Under the pieces are notes generated by a model that ran no database searches, was not told the origin of the DNA, and saw only the letters and a list, made by a program, of their open reading frames with translations. A DNA stretch of 37,119 nucleotides from a virus: the IMG/VR virus record IMGVR_UViG_3300029159_000013, positions 1 through 37,119 of that record; one strand, written 5' to 3'. Below are positions 9,380 to 18,227 of this stretch, one piece after another; within the stretch, counting starts at the first letter, position 1, and every line of letters starts with the position of its first letter. The translations under genes were made by a program, and so were the position numbers.

Positions 9380-9762
9380 TCCGATCCCTCCAATAACTCA
9401 CTATTCTCGTAGATATTACCAACAATCTCAATATCGTCGGTAACTTCAAATAAATCCTCAGATATATTTTCCCACTCATATTTAAATGCACCATTTTCAA
9501 AAATTACTTGTCCGTGCACTTCTTGATGGTCATCCCAGCCAATATCCCCCTCAAAAATCTCCACGCCATTCTCGTCTTTTAGTCCTGTTGATTGCATGAG
9601 CGCGGTCTCAATCAATGGTATATCAAATAATTCATCATATTTAGGTAAATAAGGAGCCAAATCACAAGTTGTTTGTTCTGGATCGCCCCAAAGGTCAATT
9701 TTAGCCACGTACCACATTTTTTCGGCATAATAAGCTCTAAACTTCGGTATCATCTTCTTCAC
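9376..9762 (-). CDS. YopX-family protein.
   Basis: N-terminal MIPKFRAY motif typical of YopX (PF09643). Confidence 0.55.
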   Translation of the reverse strand: MKKMIPKFRAYYAEKMWYVAKIDLWGDPEQTTCDLAPYLPKYDELFDIPLIETALMQSTGLKDENGVEIFEGDIGWDDHQEVHGQVIFENGAFKYEWENISEDLFEVTDDIEIVGNIYENSELLEGSE

Positions 9763-10309
9763 TCGCTTTCAACTCTTGTTTGCTTAAATATTCTTGGAAT
9801 CTCACTTTATCTTGCACATTCCAAACGTGGTTACCATAGTTTTTATACTCAGTTCTAGGCATTTTTTTATAAGGGATTTTTTCACGTTGGCAATGTGCGA
9901 TTAGAGACGACATCTTAATGTTTAATTTTGTGCATATTTGGCTGAGGTAGTAATCTTCGTCAATCAAACGTCGGATTTCTGTATCTAGCTCTTTAATCTT
10001 CTTGTGCTTTGTCAGCCCTAATTTTTTAGCCCTAAACTCAACAGCTCCAACTGTACGATTTAACCTATCAGCTATATACTTATTTTTCATAGATAAATAG
10101 TGCTTTTTTAAGAACTCATCCTCTTTTTCAGACCATAGACGGTGCATGTAGCATCTAAAATTATCTTCTTTTCGCATTTTGCACAATTTTTTTCTAATCG
10201 CATTGGTGCTTCTATTTAAGTGCTTAGAAGCTTCAATTAGCTGAGTATCGTTTTCAAAAACAAAATATTCTAAATACACTAGTTCGTCTTCTGTCCATTT
10301 TCTATACAT
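9737..10309 (-). CDS. DNA-binding protein with repeated Myb/SANT-like HTH units.
   Basis: Two W-x-E-x-E...L...A..L-x-R units and a third HTH. Basic. Directly downstream of the tyrosine recombinase gene. Confidence 0.45.
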   Translation of the reverse strand: MYRKWTEDELVYLEYFVFENDTQLIEASKHLNRSTNAIRKKLCKMRKEDNFRCYMHRLWSEKEDEFLKKHYLSMKNKYIADRLNRTVGAVEFRAKKLGLTKHKKIKELDTEIRRLIDEDYYLSQICTKLNIKMSSLIAHCQREKIPYKKMPRTEYKNYGNHVWNVQDKVRFQEYLSKQELKASEEDDTEV

Positions 10310-10321
10310 GAAATCACCACA

Positions 10322-11266
10322 CTAGGAAAGTTGCATCAATGCACCAAGAATCTTTTCATCATCCTTACTCTGTAATTCATCAATGATATGCATATATGTT
10401 TCTTGAGTAGTAGTCACGCTTGAATGTCCTAGACGTTTAGCTATGCTATGAGTTGACACCCCGTCAGCGAGTAAAATACTTGCATGTGTATGTCTAAGTC
10501 CGTGCATTGTGATGACAGTGATTCCTGATTCTTTGCATTTTCTGATCAGGTGGGAATTGTATGTTGAATTGAAAATTCGTTTATATTTGCCTGTCTTTTC
10601 ATCTCGATTTACAAAAATCAATTCATCTTGAGGTAAATTTTCAATGAGCGGTTTAAACTGACCAACTATTTGCCAATCGATGCTTATCGTTCTAACAGAA
10701 CTTTTGTTTTTCGTATCCTGAAAAAACATTGTAGAATTTTTGTAGTTCAATGTTTTATTAATGCTGACGGTATTTCTGGTCCAATCAAAATCAGCTGGTG
10801 TTAACGCAATGGCTTCCGCAAAGCGCATTCCTGTTTTTGCAACCAGTAAAATGAACCAATCCATATTTATCCCTTCGCCAAGTTCTAGTGATCTCAACAG
10901 CTTTTGTAGTTCGCCTTTTTGCAGGAATTTTTTCTTTTTTGGTCTCGGCGGTATTCCTTTGATAATCGCTTTGTAGGTTGGATCACGTTTAATTAGTCCT
11001 TCGTGATACATATCTCTTACACAGCTGCCAATTTGGTGATGAAAATCCATTGTTGTCTGCCGCTCATGTGTCAGAGCGTATTCATTAAGGATGCTTTGAT
11101 AAGCCTTTCTATCTAATTTATCTATCGTTAAATCAGGGCAAATTTCAGTAAGGTGTTTGTGGGCTATATAATATTTACTAACTGAGATATCTCTAATTGC
11201 ACCGACTTTGTAAGTTTCAATCCATTCTAAAAAATAGCCAGCAAAAAGTCTGGGACGTTTGCTCAT
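10322..11266 (-). CDS. Tyrosine site-specific recombinase (integrase / XerC-like).
   Basis: C-terminal catalytic region HGLRHTHASILLADGVSTHSIAKRLGHSSVTTTQETYMHI (R..HxxR..Y). Confidence 0.85.
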   Translation of the reverse strand: MSKRPRLFAGYFLEWIETYKVGAIRDISVSKYYIAHKHLTEICPDLTIDKLDRKAYQSILNEYALTHERQTTMDFHHQIGSCVRDMYHEGLIKRDPTYKAIIKGIPPRPKKKKFLQKGELQKLLRSLELGEGINMDWFILLVAKTGMRFAEAIALTPADFDWTRNTVSINKTLNYKNSTMFFQDTKNKSSVRTISIDWQIVGQFKPLIENLPQDELIFVNRDEKTGKYKRIFNSTYNSHLIRKCKESGITVITMHGLRHTHASILLADGVSTHSIAKRLGHSSVTTTQETYMHIIDELQSKDDEKILGALMQLS

Positions 11267-11955
11267 TCGTTTTCTCCTCCTAACACGCTGGGACTTTCGA
11301 TGTGATCAATAGCTTCTTCCAGCCATTCTCTGACTTGAAACTCTCTTGTGACCACATCGCTGTGCGGCATAACATTTACATCGCTAAAAGCCAACGAATC
11401 ATCTTTTGAATTTTGTAAAAAGTAAATCTGTTTTATTTTTCTGTCTAGCGAATCACCGTGGACTACGGTGGCATTCATCCCACGAATAGCAAGATTGAAC
11501 AGCAGGAACGGAATGGTTCTATCAGATAACTCCTCTAAATCGTAAAAAGTCATTGATGGTTTATATTCAAAAAAACCAATAGATAGTCTGTCTGCTCGCC
11601 ATTTTTGTATGATCATTCCACCTGTCCCAGAAGCTACTTCATGTGTCAACCCACTTCCAGGCCCTACGATTTTTGCAATCACTTCCCCAATTGAATTTGG
11701 CGTAAAATCTTGCTTCTTAACTTTCCGATCAGCATGTTCGTCTTGAAAATATTCGTGAAACCAATCGAAAGTTAAATCTTTTTCTATTTCTAAAAATTTG
11801 TTAAACACGATTTCTCGTTTATCGCGACTTAGTAATATATTCATGAGCGCTTCTGGCGCTTTGTAGGCATCATCAACACCTAGCAATTCATTTATTTTTT
11901 CTGTTGTTAGTTTCATCGTTTTTAAAGGAGCAAAAAGCTTTTTATGCGGCCGCAA
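11263..11955 (-). CDS. Truncated, catalytically degenerate N6-adenine methyltransferase-like protein (HsdM / N6_Mtase N-terminal half).
   Basis: DFTPNSIGEVIAKIV...EVASGTGGMII matches the FTP...DPACGSGG (SAM motif I) context. LLFNLAIRGMNATVVHGDSL matches the HsdM NLAIRGI..GDTL block. NVMPHS sits where NPPF would be. The protein is only 230 aa. A 4-bp ATGA overlap couples it to the recombinase gene. Confidence 0.5.
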   Translation of the reverse strand: MRPHKKLFAPLKTMKLTTEKINELLGVDDAYKAPEALMNILLSRDKREIVFNKFLEIEKDLTFDWFHEYFQDEHADRKVKKQDFTPNSIGEVIAKIVGPGSGLTHEVASGTGGMIIQKWRADRLSIGFFEYKPSMTFYDLEELSDRTIPFLLFNLAIRGMNATVVHGDSLDRKIKQIYFLQNSKDDSLAFSDVNVMPHSDVVTREFQVREWLEEAIDHIESPSVLGGENE

Positions 11956-11968
11956 ACTCCACTCCTTT

Positions 11969-12175
11969 CTATAAATTCACTGGCTCTTTTTTATAACCAG
12001 CATCAATCAAAATTCCCTCAATCACATAAAGGTCCGTTTTCTGCTTTAAACTAGCCTTAAATTTCTTCGCAATATTTCTAGCTGTTTCTAAAGAAACGAC
12101 TTCATATGTTTTAGCCAATGCATCCGCAATAATAGCGGATGTTGGCGTATAATAAATCTCAAGCAAAATGAACAC
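11969..12175 (-). CDS. Hypothetical protein.
   Basis: 68-aa ORF. Confidence 0.4.
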   Translation of the reverse strand: MFILLEIYYTPTSAIIADALAKTYEVVSLETARNIAKKFKASLKQKTDLYVIEGILIDAGYKKEPVNL

Positions 12176-12194
12176 TCACTTTCATTTCATAAAT

Positions 12195-12458
12195 CTAATT
12201 TAAATGTTCAGCTTTGTATTCCCAGAATTTGTTTCTAGGCATTCCTAACGCTTCTATGATTGCATTCACTGAATAACCAATCCACTGCAAATACAAATAT
12301 TCTTGAATGGTGAACTTGTCTTTATCAATTGAGTTGATTGGTTTAGATTTATCCATTGTTTGCTCACCAATCTCCTTACCAAGCATTTTAATTTGACGAT
12401 AGACCATGCTTTTTGGATGTATATACCAGTCTGGGTTTTCATTCATTAACTTAAGCAT
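12195..12458 (-). CDS. Hypothetical protein.
   Basis: 87-aa ORF. Confidence 0.4.
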   Translation of the reverse strand: MLKLMNENPDWYIHPKSMVYRQIKMLGKEIGEQTMDKSKPINSIDKDKFTIQEYLYLQWIGYSVNAIIEALGMPRNKFWEYKAEHLN

Positions 12459-12537
12459 TTCTTTTCGCTTTTGCTTTTTTTTCAGCTTGAATACGTGCTA
12501 TATCTTCAAAAATTACACTTTTCATTTCGTTAACCTC

Positions 12538-13065
12538 CTAGAACGGCAGATCATCATCGCTAATGTCGATTGAATTACCTGCACCTGCGAACGGATCTAC
12601 ATCTCCACCAAACGATATTTGTTGGCTGTTATTTTGCTGATTTAAGCCTTTGTTTTGATTCGCAGCATAATTACTCTCGAAATTATTTTGAACGCCTGTA
12701 ACGCTATTCTGTGAACTCTGAATGCTATTTCTATTCTCATTGGCGCTTTTTGCCTCTAATAATTGGAAACTCTCGCAAACAACTTCAGTCACATAGACAC
12801 GTTGGCCTTGTTGGTTGTCATAATTACGAGTTTGAATTCTGCCAACAACTCCTAATAATGTTCCTTTACGAGCATAATTAGCCATTGTTTCAGCAGGCTT
12901 ACGCCAAATTACACAGTTGATAAAATCCGCTTCTCGTTCGCCGTTTTGGTTTGTAAAATTACGGTTCACAGCAAGAGTAAAGCTTCCAACTGCAGAACCA
13001 CTTGCGGTGTAGCGTAAATCTATATCTTTCGTCAGCCTTCCGATTAATACCACATTATTTATCAT
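12538..13065 (-). CDS. ssb: Single-stranded DNA-binding protein.
   Basis: OB-fold N-terminus, Q/N/G-rich linker and acidic C-terminal tail DDDLPF. Confidence 0.9.
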   Translation of the reverse strand: MINNVVLIGRLTKDIDLRYTASGSAVGSFTLAVNRNFTNQNGEREADFINCVIWRKPAETMANYARKGTLLGVVGRIQTRNYDNQQGQRVYVTEVVCESFQLLEAKSANENRNSIQSSQNSVTGVQNNFESNYAANQNKGLNQQNNSQQISFGGDVDPFAGAGNSIDISDDDLPF

Positions 13066-13366
13066 TCAAATCACTCTCCTTAACGAACACACCATTGACA
13101 TTTTTTCCCTTACGATCTTTAATCTCGTTATACGCTTGGTTCAGACATTCATATAAATCCATATCATTTTGCATAGCGAGAATAACTAGTGTCACAACAA
13201 CATCACCGATACCATCCCTTAAATCATTTTTATTATTTCTTGCTAATGCTGCTGCGACTTCTCCGACTTCTTCAACCACTTTTAGCATTTGTTTCTCAGG
13301 CTCTGCGATATCTAGATTTTTTTCTCTTGCCCATTTCTCAATTAATTTAACTAATTCATTCATCAT
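13055..13366 (-). CDS. MazG-like nucleotide pyrophosphohydrolase.
   Basis: EEVGEVAAALAR...DGIGDVVVTLVILA resembles the MazG/NTP-PPase EExxE...D motif. 103 aa. Confidence 0.6.
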   Translation of the reverse strand: MMNELVKLIEKWAREKNLDIAEPEKQMLKVVEEVGEVAAALARNNKNDLRDGIGDVVVTLVILAMQNDMDLYECLNQAYNEIKDRKGKNVNGVFVKESDLNDK

Positions 13367-14169
13367 TTACCCTCCAAGTATTCTTTTATTTGTCTATCAA
13401 GCTCAGCTTGTTCCTCTGACGAAAGTTTCTCTTCTTCTTGCTTCTGATTGTTAGCCCAATCAGGTAACTTTTCTTGTCTCATTGGCACCTTAGAATAGGC
13501 TGGCAGTTTATTTGTTTTAGATAAATCATATTCATCGTTATAACGATCATCACGGATCCAACGAAATAATTCTTGTGGATGGTACCAATCGTTTAATTTA
13601 ATATACGCAAGATATTCTTTATATCCTTTTTCGAACTGGACCAAATCTTCTTCTGACTTAAATTTCTTTAAAAATTGTTCTCTAGCTTTTTTCTTGTTGG
13701 TTTTCTTTGGATAAGTTTTCCAAACTTTTTCGAATAATTCAGGCATAGTTGAGCTCGGCTCAACACTATTCTTTTTATTCTTTGTATTATTCTCTGTATT
13801 ATTAAGTAATGTATTATTATCTTTGGCGTTTTCGCCTATACCCCTATAGTTATTTTCACCTATACCCTCTAGTTGTTTTCGCCTATACCTATCGGTAATT
13901 TTAACTACACGTCTCTCTATTGATTTTGTCCCTGATTTGTACTGATAACTTACGTCAATGTAGCCTTTTTCTTTTAATCCGGATATAAGTTTAGAAACCC
14001 TATCTTTACTAAGACCAAAGAAATTTGAAAAGTATTCATTGCTAGCAAAACAGCCATTTTCATTGTCTAAACTATCGATCTCAACTATCAAAAATTTTTC
14101 TATCCAGCTTAATTCATCATCAAGCCAAACGTTTTTAGGGATCCAAATACCTTTAAACGCTCTCTCCAT
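13363..14169 (-). CDS. Replisome organizer / replication initiator. The origin lies inside the gene.
   Basis: N-terminal region is like phage replisome-organizer proteins. Iterons are embedded in the coding sequence. Basic lysine-rich C-terminal half. Confidence 0.55.
   Translation of the reverse strand: MERAFKGIWIPKNVWLDDELSWIEKFLIVEIDSLDNENGCFASNEYFSNFFGLSKDRVSKLISGLKEKGYIDVSYQYKSGTKSIERRVVKITDRYRRKQLEGIGENNYRGIGENAKDNNTLLNNTENNTKNKKNSVEPSSTMPELFEKVWKTYPKKTNKKKAREQFLKKFKSEEDLVQFEKGYKEYLAYIKLNDWYHPQELFRWIRDDRYNDEYDLSKTNKLPAYSKVPMRQEKLPDWANNQKQEEEKLSSEEQAELDRQIKEYLEGK
13829..13899. repeat. Three tandem iterons of about 23 bp (TTTCRCCTATACC-YCTAKNGTTRT), a putative origin of replication, with an adjacent AT-rich stretch at 13770..13828.
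   Basis: Direct repeats read in the sequence. They encode a repeated IGENNYRGIGEN peptide in the organizer protein. Confidence 0.65.
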
Positions 14170-14172
14170 TTG

Positions 14173-14814
14173 TTATCCCCCTATGTTTAATTTTTTACGT
14201 TCATCAGTGTTCAATTTCACCGGTTTAATTTGATACTTATTCAAGAAGTTCTTAGTGCCTATTTGGTGTTCCTCTTGATGGTGTTGACGGCAACCAGCAT
14301 AAAATGTGAATGTCTCATGATTGATTTTTTTACGATTACGCCCCATACCAACAACCTCAATGTGACAAACGTCAGCATGCTTACCGCAAATACAGCACTT
14401 ACGATATTTCAGACAGTAATAAAACCATTTGTTATTTTCAAGCAAATATTGGTATCTTTTTTCCAGTGGTATATCGTTTTTCAAAATGAACTCAATCAAG
14501 AAACCGATCCACTCCGTCGCTTCATTCTTGGTAGCTCGACTATGTTCAAAATAAACACCACTCTTAGCCTCGTAGTAGTATTTCAAGACACTTTCAATCC
14601 ATTTAGGTTCGTCATAGCTCCAACGTGCCACATCGGCTATTAGAACGTGAGAAAGTGCATTCTGTTTTTGAGACATCTGTCGATTATCTAAGAATTCAAC
14701 TTTCGCTAAATTATCATCGTTATTAGCCAGAAGTTCGAGAAAATTTGAATTTATTTCATCCTCAAATTCGATGACCAATTTATTCCCTTTGTGGTTTATG
14801 ATTTTTCCAATCAT
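14173..14814 (-). CDS. Zinc-finger / HNH-like protein (DUF968-like).
   Basis: Motif CCICGKHADVCH...GCRQHHQEEH. Confidence 0.4.
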   Translation of the reverse strand: MIGKIINHKGNKLVIEFEDEINSNFLELLANNDDNLAKVEFLDNRQMSQKQNALSHVLIADVARWSYDEPKWIESVLKYYYEAKSGVYFEHSRATKNEATEWIGFLIEFILKNDIPLEKRYQYLLENNKWFYYCLKYRKCCICGKHADVCHIEVVGMGRNRKKINHETFTFYAGCRQHHQEEHQIGTKNFLNKYQIKPVKLNTDERKKLNIGG

Positions 14815-14818
14815 TCAA

Positions 14819-15835
14819 TCACTTCTTTTCAAAATCATTTGCAATAGGAGGATTTGCCTCGTCAAATAATTCTGTTTGTTCTTCATCTAGTTCGTTTTCA
14901 CTTTGTTGTTCTACACTAGGAACTTCAATCTTTTCTAACATTTCTTTCATACGCTCAAGAACTTTAGTTTTTACGTTTTTTAAAGGTACGTTGTTAATCT
15001 TGCTGTGCAACTCTTTAAACATATTTTCATGATTTTCAGATTGTGTAGCAAGTTCTGTAATACTACTAATTAATTCATCTTTTAATTTTTCTAAATCTAT
15101 TCCTTCGCTACTCCATTCATATATTTTTTCGCCTACTTCTTTTGTTATTTTAAAAGGCATATTAAACATATTTGAGTTATCTTTGGTAGCTTCCGCTATG
15201 TGGTCCTGATCAATACGTAAAGCGATAGCAAATTCATATTCCAAACTATCTTTTTGATCAGGTTTCAACCCTAGTTTTACTACTTGTGTTTTACCTTGTT
15301 CATTTTTTTCCATGTCGTAGGCTTGCTTACTTCTAGACGTTCCAATCACATACATTGAATTTCCTGTTACTAACTTAAGAAATTCTTTCTCTAATGGTTT
15401 TACTTTATTCCAAGCCAACATTTGATTTTTAGAGTTGCCTCTCTGATGGTTTTCTACTTGTTCTAAAATGCCACCTTCACCACTCCAAGCATGTGTTAGA
15501 GAATCGACTATGACCACCTCTACCCCAGCTTGTTTGAATAAATTAAAAGCCTGTATATATCGCTGTACAGTAAATGGTGCTTCAAAATCAATATGCAAAA
15601 ATTCCCCTATGTCGACATTCCCAATAGTTGAATCAGCATATAACAACGATCGTTTGTGCTCAGTGTCAATGACACCTATTTTTTCCCATTGTTCTTGTTC
15701 TGATAAGTCTGAATGCATTTTTTCAATAATTCCTTTAGCAATAAACAACGCACTTACTGTTTTTCCACTACCACTTGCGCCAGTTATCATGATAGGAACT
15801 TTTATTTTTTCGCGTTTAGCCTTTTTTATTTCCAT
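14819..15835 (-). CDS. RecA-like AAA_24 ATPase (Sak4-like recombination/replication protein).
   Basis: Walker A GASGSGKT, Walker B VVIVDS. Neighbours Gp157, as in Sfi21-type replication modules. Confidence 0.6.
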   Translation of the reverse strand: MEIKKAKREKIKVPIMITGASGSGKTVSALFIAKGIIEKMHSDLSEQEQWEKIGVIDTEHKRSLLYADSTIGNVDIGEFLHIDFEAPFTVQRYIQAFNLFKQAGVEVVIVDSLTHAWSGEGGILEQVENHQRGNSKNQMLAWNKVKPLEKEFLKLVTGNSMYVIGTSRSKQAYDMEKNEQGKTQVVKLGLKPDQKDSLEYEFAIALRIDQDHIAEATKDNSNMFNMPFKITKEVGEKIYEWSSEGIDLEKLKDELISSITELATQSENHENMFKELHSKINNVPLKNVKTKVLERMKEMLEKIEVPSVEQQSENELDEEQTELFDEANPPIANDFEKK

Positions 15836-15846
15836 ATTGAAACCTC

Positions 15847-16347
15847 CTATCTAATTCTCAAACTCTTAGTTTGAACTAATTCTGCACCTTTGATTTCCCC
15901 ATGTTTCAGTTCTTCTTTCAAAGCTGTTTTATCAACTTTGGGAGGTTGAGGAATTAAAAAGCCAATAGGAATTAATTTTTCGTCTATAATATTCACGGAA
16001 ACTGGATTGTTTTGAATTCCTACATTGAATAATTCGCCCTTGATTTTCGTTTTGCCTACCTTTTCCATTTCATCTTGCAGATATCCTTTTAGATTCTTTA
16101 CATTGTTAGAAAGCGTTGTTTTTCGTGACTGTAGCCGTTTGATTTCTTTTTCAACAATAGATATGTTGCTTTCAAGTTCTTTAACTACTTTTGCTGTGTT
16201 TTCTACTTTTAAATCGATTGAATCGCTAATACTATCTAACGTATCTTTTAATGTTCCATCATCAAGCTCTTCAGCTAATGACAAAACTTTTAAATAATCG
16301 TTGCTAAGTTCATAAAGTGTTGCCACGGCTATCTTCCTCCTCGTCAT
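15847..16347 (-). CDS. Siphovirus Gp157-family protein. Start possibly the GTG at 16326, preceded by GAGGAGG.
   Basis: Size and coiled-coil pattern are like Sipho_Gp157. A 40-aa acidic ORF overlaps the annotated 5' end. Confidence 0.5.
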   Translation of the reverse strand: MTRRKIAVATLYELSNDYLKVLSLAEELDDGTLKDTLDSISDSIDLKVENTAKVVKELESNISIVEKEIKRLQSRKTTLSNNVKNLKGYLQDEMEKVGKTKIKGELFNVGIQNNPVSVNIIDEKLIPIGFLIPQPPKVDKTALKEELKHGEIKGAELVQTKSLRIR

Positions 16348-16517
16348 ACTCCCATTCTGGTTCGATTTTCTGTAATTCTTCTAACGGCTCTGTTAAAAAT
16401 TGATCTAGCGCATCTGCTTCACTACGATTCATTCACAAGACCTCGTTTCTGTGATATAATTTTTCTTGTATAATTTTTGTATGTGCCTTAATCGTTGGCA
16501 GACGATTGGGCATTTTT

Positions 16518-16820
16518 TTATAACTTCCGACAAAAATCAGCAAATTCATCGCTTGTTACCTCTTTGAAACATTCGACTTTCTTCTCTTTTCCATCAGAAT
16601 AATAAATATTGATAATTGGAGTATCCCAATCACTTCCTGGAATTCCAGCAATAGTCTTTACTTTTCCCAAGTCAATAATATATTTGCCTTTTTCCCAAAC
16701 AGTTTCGGCAGTCCAAAAGTAATCTGAGAGAGTTCCTAAACATACTTTATCAACATCTGCATTATCCACTTCGACATCGATTAGATCTTTAGCTTTTTTA
16801 AAATCATATAATTTTGGCAT
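16518..16820 (-). CDS. Hypothetical protein.
   Basis: 100-aa ORF, with an ATG/TGA overlap to the upstream small gene. Confidence 0.5.
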   Translation of the reverse strand: MPKLYDFKKAKDLIDVEVDNADVDKVCLGTLSDYFWTAETVWEKGKYIIDLGKVKTIAGIPGSDWDTPIINIYYSDGKEKKVECFKEVTSDEFADFCRKL

Positions 16821-16931
16821 TCAAATACCTCTTCTCTTTTTTTGTTGAGTAATATATATCTGCCCCTTTTGTTGCTGGTACCATAAATCAGCAAGTTTTT
16901 TCGTTTGCTGTAATTTTTCTTTCCTTGTCAT
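16821..16931 (-). CDS. Small basic protein (36 aa).
   Basis: RBS GAGAGG 8 nt upstream. ATGA overlap with the preceding gene and TGA/ATG overlap with the next. Confidence 0.45.
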   Translation of the reverse strand: MTRKEKLQQTKKLADLWYQQQKGQIYITQQKKRRGI

Positions 16932-17101
16932 TTATTTACCTCTCTATCTTCAAGAGCTAAGTCATAAAATAATGTCCAAATAATGAACAATCCAATATAC
17001 ACATTTTGGATGATTGGATTAAAGTTTCCACCCACTATCAACCCCAATCCGAAAACGATTAGCAATACTGCAATTCTTCTTAAGTTATAAATTTTTCTCA
17101 T
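16928..17101 (-). CDS. Small membrane protein (57 aa, two TM segments).
   Basis: RBS AAGGAGA 6 nt upstream of the ATG. Hydrophobic segments. Confidence 0.5.
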   Translation of the reverse strand: MRKIYNLRRIAVLLIVFGLGLIVGGNFNPIIQNVYIGLFIIWTLFYDLALEDREVNK

Positions 17102-17112
17102 TTCATTTCTCC

Positions 17113-17298
17113 TTATACATGGATTCTATTTTGAATCTCTAAGTATCTTAAAAATTCAAGTTCTCTTTCAATTTGATATGTTTTTCCTTCGGTCAGTTGT
17201 TCTGATTGTCTAAGCGCTGCTCTATCATCTTGTAGCTGTTTCCGCTCTTTTTTGATTTGGTTGAGTATCCAGCTTTCTTGTTCTATTGTATAAGCCAC
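17113..17298 (-). CDS. Hypothetical coiled-coil protein (61 aa).
   Basis: ORF in the early-gene string. Confidence 0.4.
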   Translation of the reverse strand: MAYTIEQESWILNQIKKERKQLQDDRAALRQSEQLTEGKTYQIERELEFLRYLEIQNRIHV

Positions 17299-17308
17299 AT
17301 TGACACTC

Positions 17309-17419
17309 CTAACTTTGTTTGACTCCGTTGAGACGTTCAGCTAGTTCTTTGTATGGGTCTGTGATACTCCGTTCCTTTAAAGATTCATGATATTTATCTT
17401 GGATATTTTCTTTAGACAT
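17309..17419 (-). CDS. Small protein (36 aa).
   Basis: RBS GAGGAGA 8 nt upstream of the ATG. Confidence 0.4.
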   Translation of the reverse strand: MSKENIQDKYHESLKERSITDPYKELAERLNGVKQS

Positions 17420-17447
17420 TTAAAATTCTCCTCTGATTACCAAATTT

Positions 17448-17456
17448 TGATATAAT
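17448..17456 (+). promoter_or_regulatory. Extended -10 promoter element TGaTATAAT driving the KTSC gene.
   Basis: Perfect TGnTATAAT about 45 nt upstream of the ATG at 17504. Confidence 0.45.
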
Positions 17457-17503
17457 TAGTTATTAGCATGTTTGTGCTAAAATAAATTAAGGCGGTGAAT
17501 AGC

Positions 17504-17710
17504 ATGGATATGATTCCTGTTTCTTCTAGCAATATGGTTGCTGCAGGATATGACTCTTCTAGCCAAGAGCTGACGGTCCAATTCCACAACGGAGCATACA
17601 CGCATTTAGGTGTACCTCAATATGTCTACGATGGTCTAATGTCGTCCCCTTCAAAGGGCAGCTACTACCATCAAAACATCAAAAGATACCCTTACAGACA
17701 TGGATACTAA
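17504..17710 (+). CDS. KTSC-domain protein.
   Basis: MIPVSSSNMVAAGYDSSSQELTVQFHNGAYTHLGVPQYVYDGLMSSPSKGSYYHQNIK matches the KTSC domain pattern (PF13619). RBS AAGGCGGTGA. Plus strand, inside the minus-strand early region. Confidence 0.65.
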   Translation: MDMIPVSSSNMVAAGYDSSSQELTVQFHNGAYTHLGVPQYVYDGLMSSPSKGSYYHQNIKRYPYRHGY

Positions 17711-17869
17711 TTAATTCCATTCAGGTGTTGGCTCTGACCAGTCAACACTTGTCTGTTCGATTCTGTCTATGCTGATTTCAATTTTTGTATTAGGGTTGCT
17801 TTGTTCTTTTAATATCTCTACAATTTCCAACGCTAGTTCGCGTATTTTTTCTTTTCCTTCTTCATTCAT
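17711..17869 (-). CDS. Small acidic protein (52 aa).
   Basis: RBS AGGAGGG 8 nt upstream. Its stop abuts the KTSC stop, convergent. Confidence 0.45.
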   Translation of the reverse strand: MNEEGKEKIRELALEIVEILKEQSNPNTKIEISIDRIEQTSVDWSEPTPEWN

Positions 17870-17882
17870 TTCAAATTCCCTC

Positions 17883-18227
17883 CTATTCGATACCTAATAT
17901 GCTACTTAACATATCTACTTTTTGATAAATAAGGTCTTGATAGTCTTTAATCCCAAAATCATCACTTAGATTAATTTCTAGTAACTCCCGAATTTCATTA
18001 ATAACACTTTTTACTGTCGGTTCTTCAGGAGCAAGACCTTCGTATTCCATTTGTTCTTGTAACGTATAGTACACATCGTTTAAATTTTGCCCTTCCAGAT
18101 TTACCAATTGGTTGGCTGATTCTTCTGAAACGATAGTACTCAAGAATTCCTTTACTGCTCGTTTTTCTTCAATATCCATCCTAATTCTCCTTCCAGATTC
18201 CGTATTTAATAGCAAAATCTTTAACAA
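17883..18227 (-). CDS. Hypothetical acidic protein.
   Basis: 114-aa ORF. Confidence 0.45.
   Translation of the reverse strand: MLKILLLNTESGRRIRMDIEEKRAVKEFLSTIVSEESANQLVNLEGQNLNDVYYTLQEQMEYEGLAPEEPTVKSVINEIRELLEINLSDDFGIKDYQDLIYQKVDMLSSILGIE

Noticed and set aside
13002-13454. Plus-strand ORFs antisense to the SSB/MazG, DUF968 and ATPase genes (13002..13454, 14230..14643, 15468..15854, 16025..16297)
   Set aside because: Fully contained in stronger minus-strand genes. No SD sequences. Serine/leucine-rich nonsense composition.
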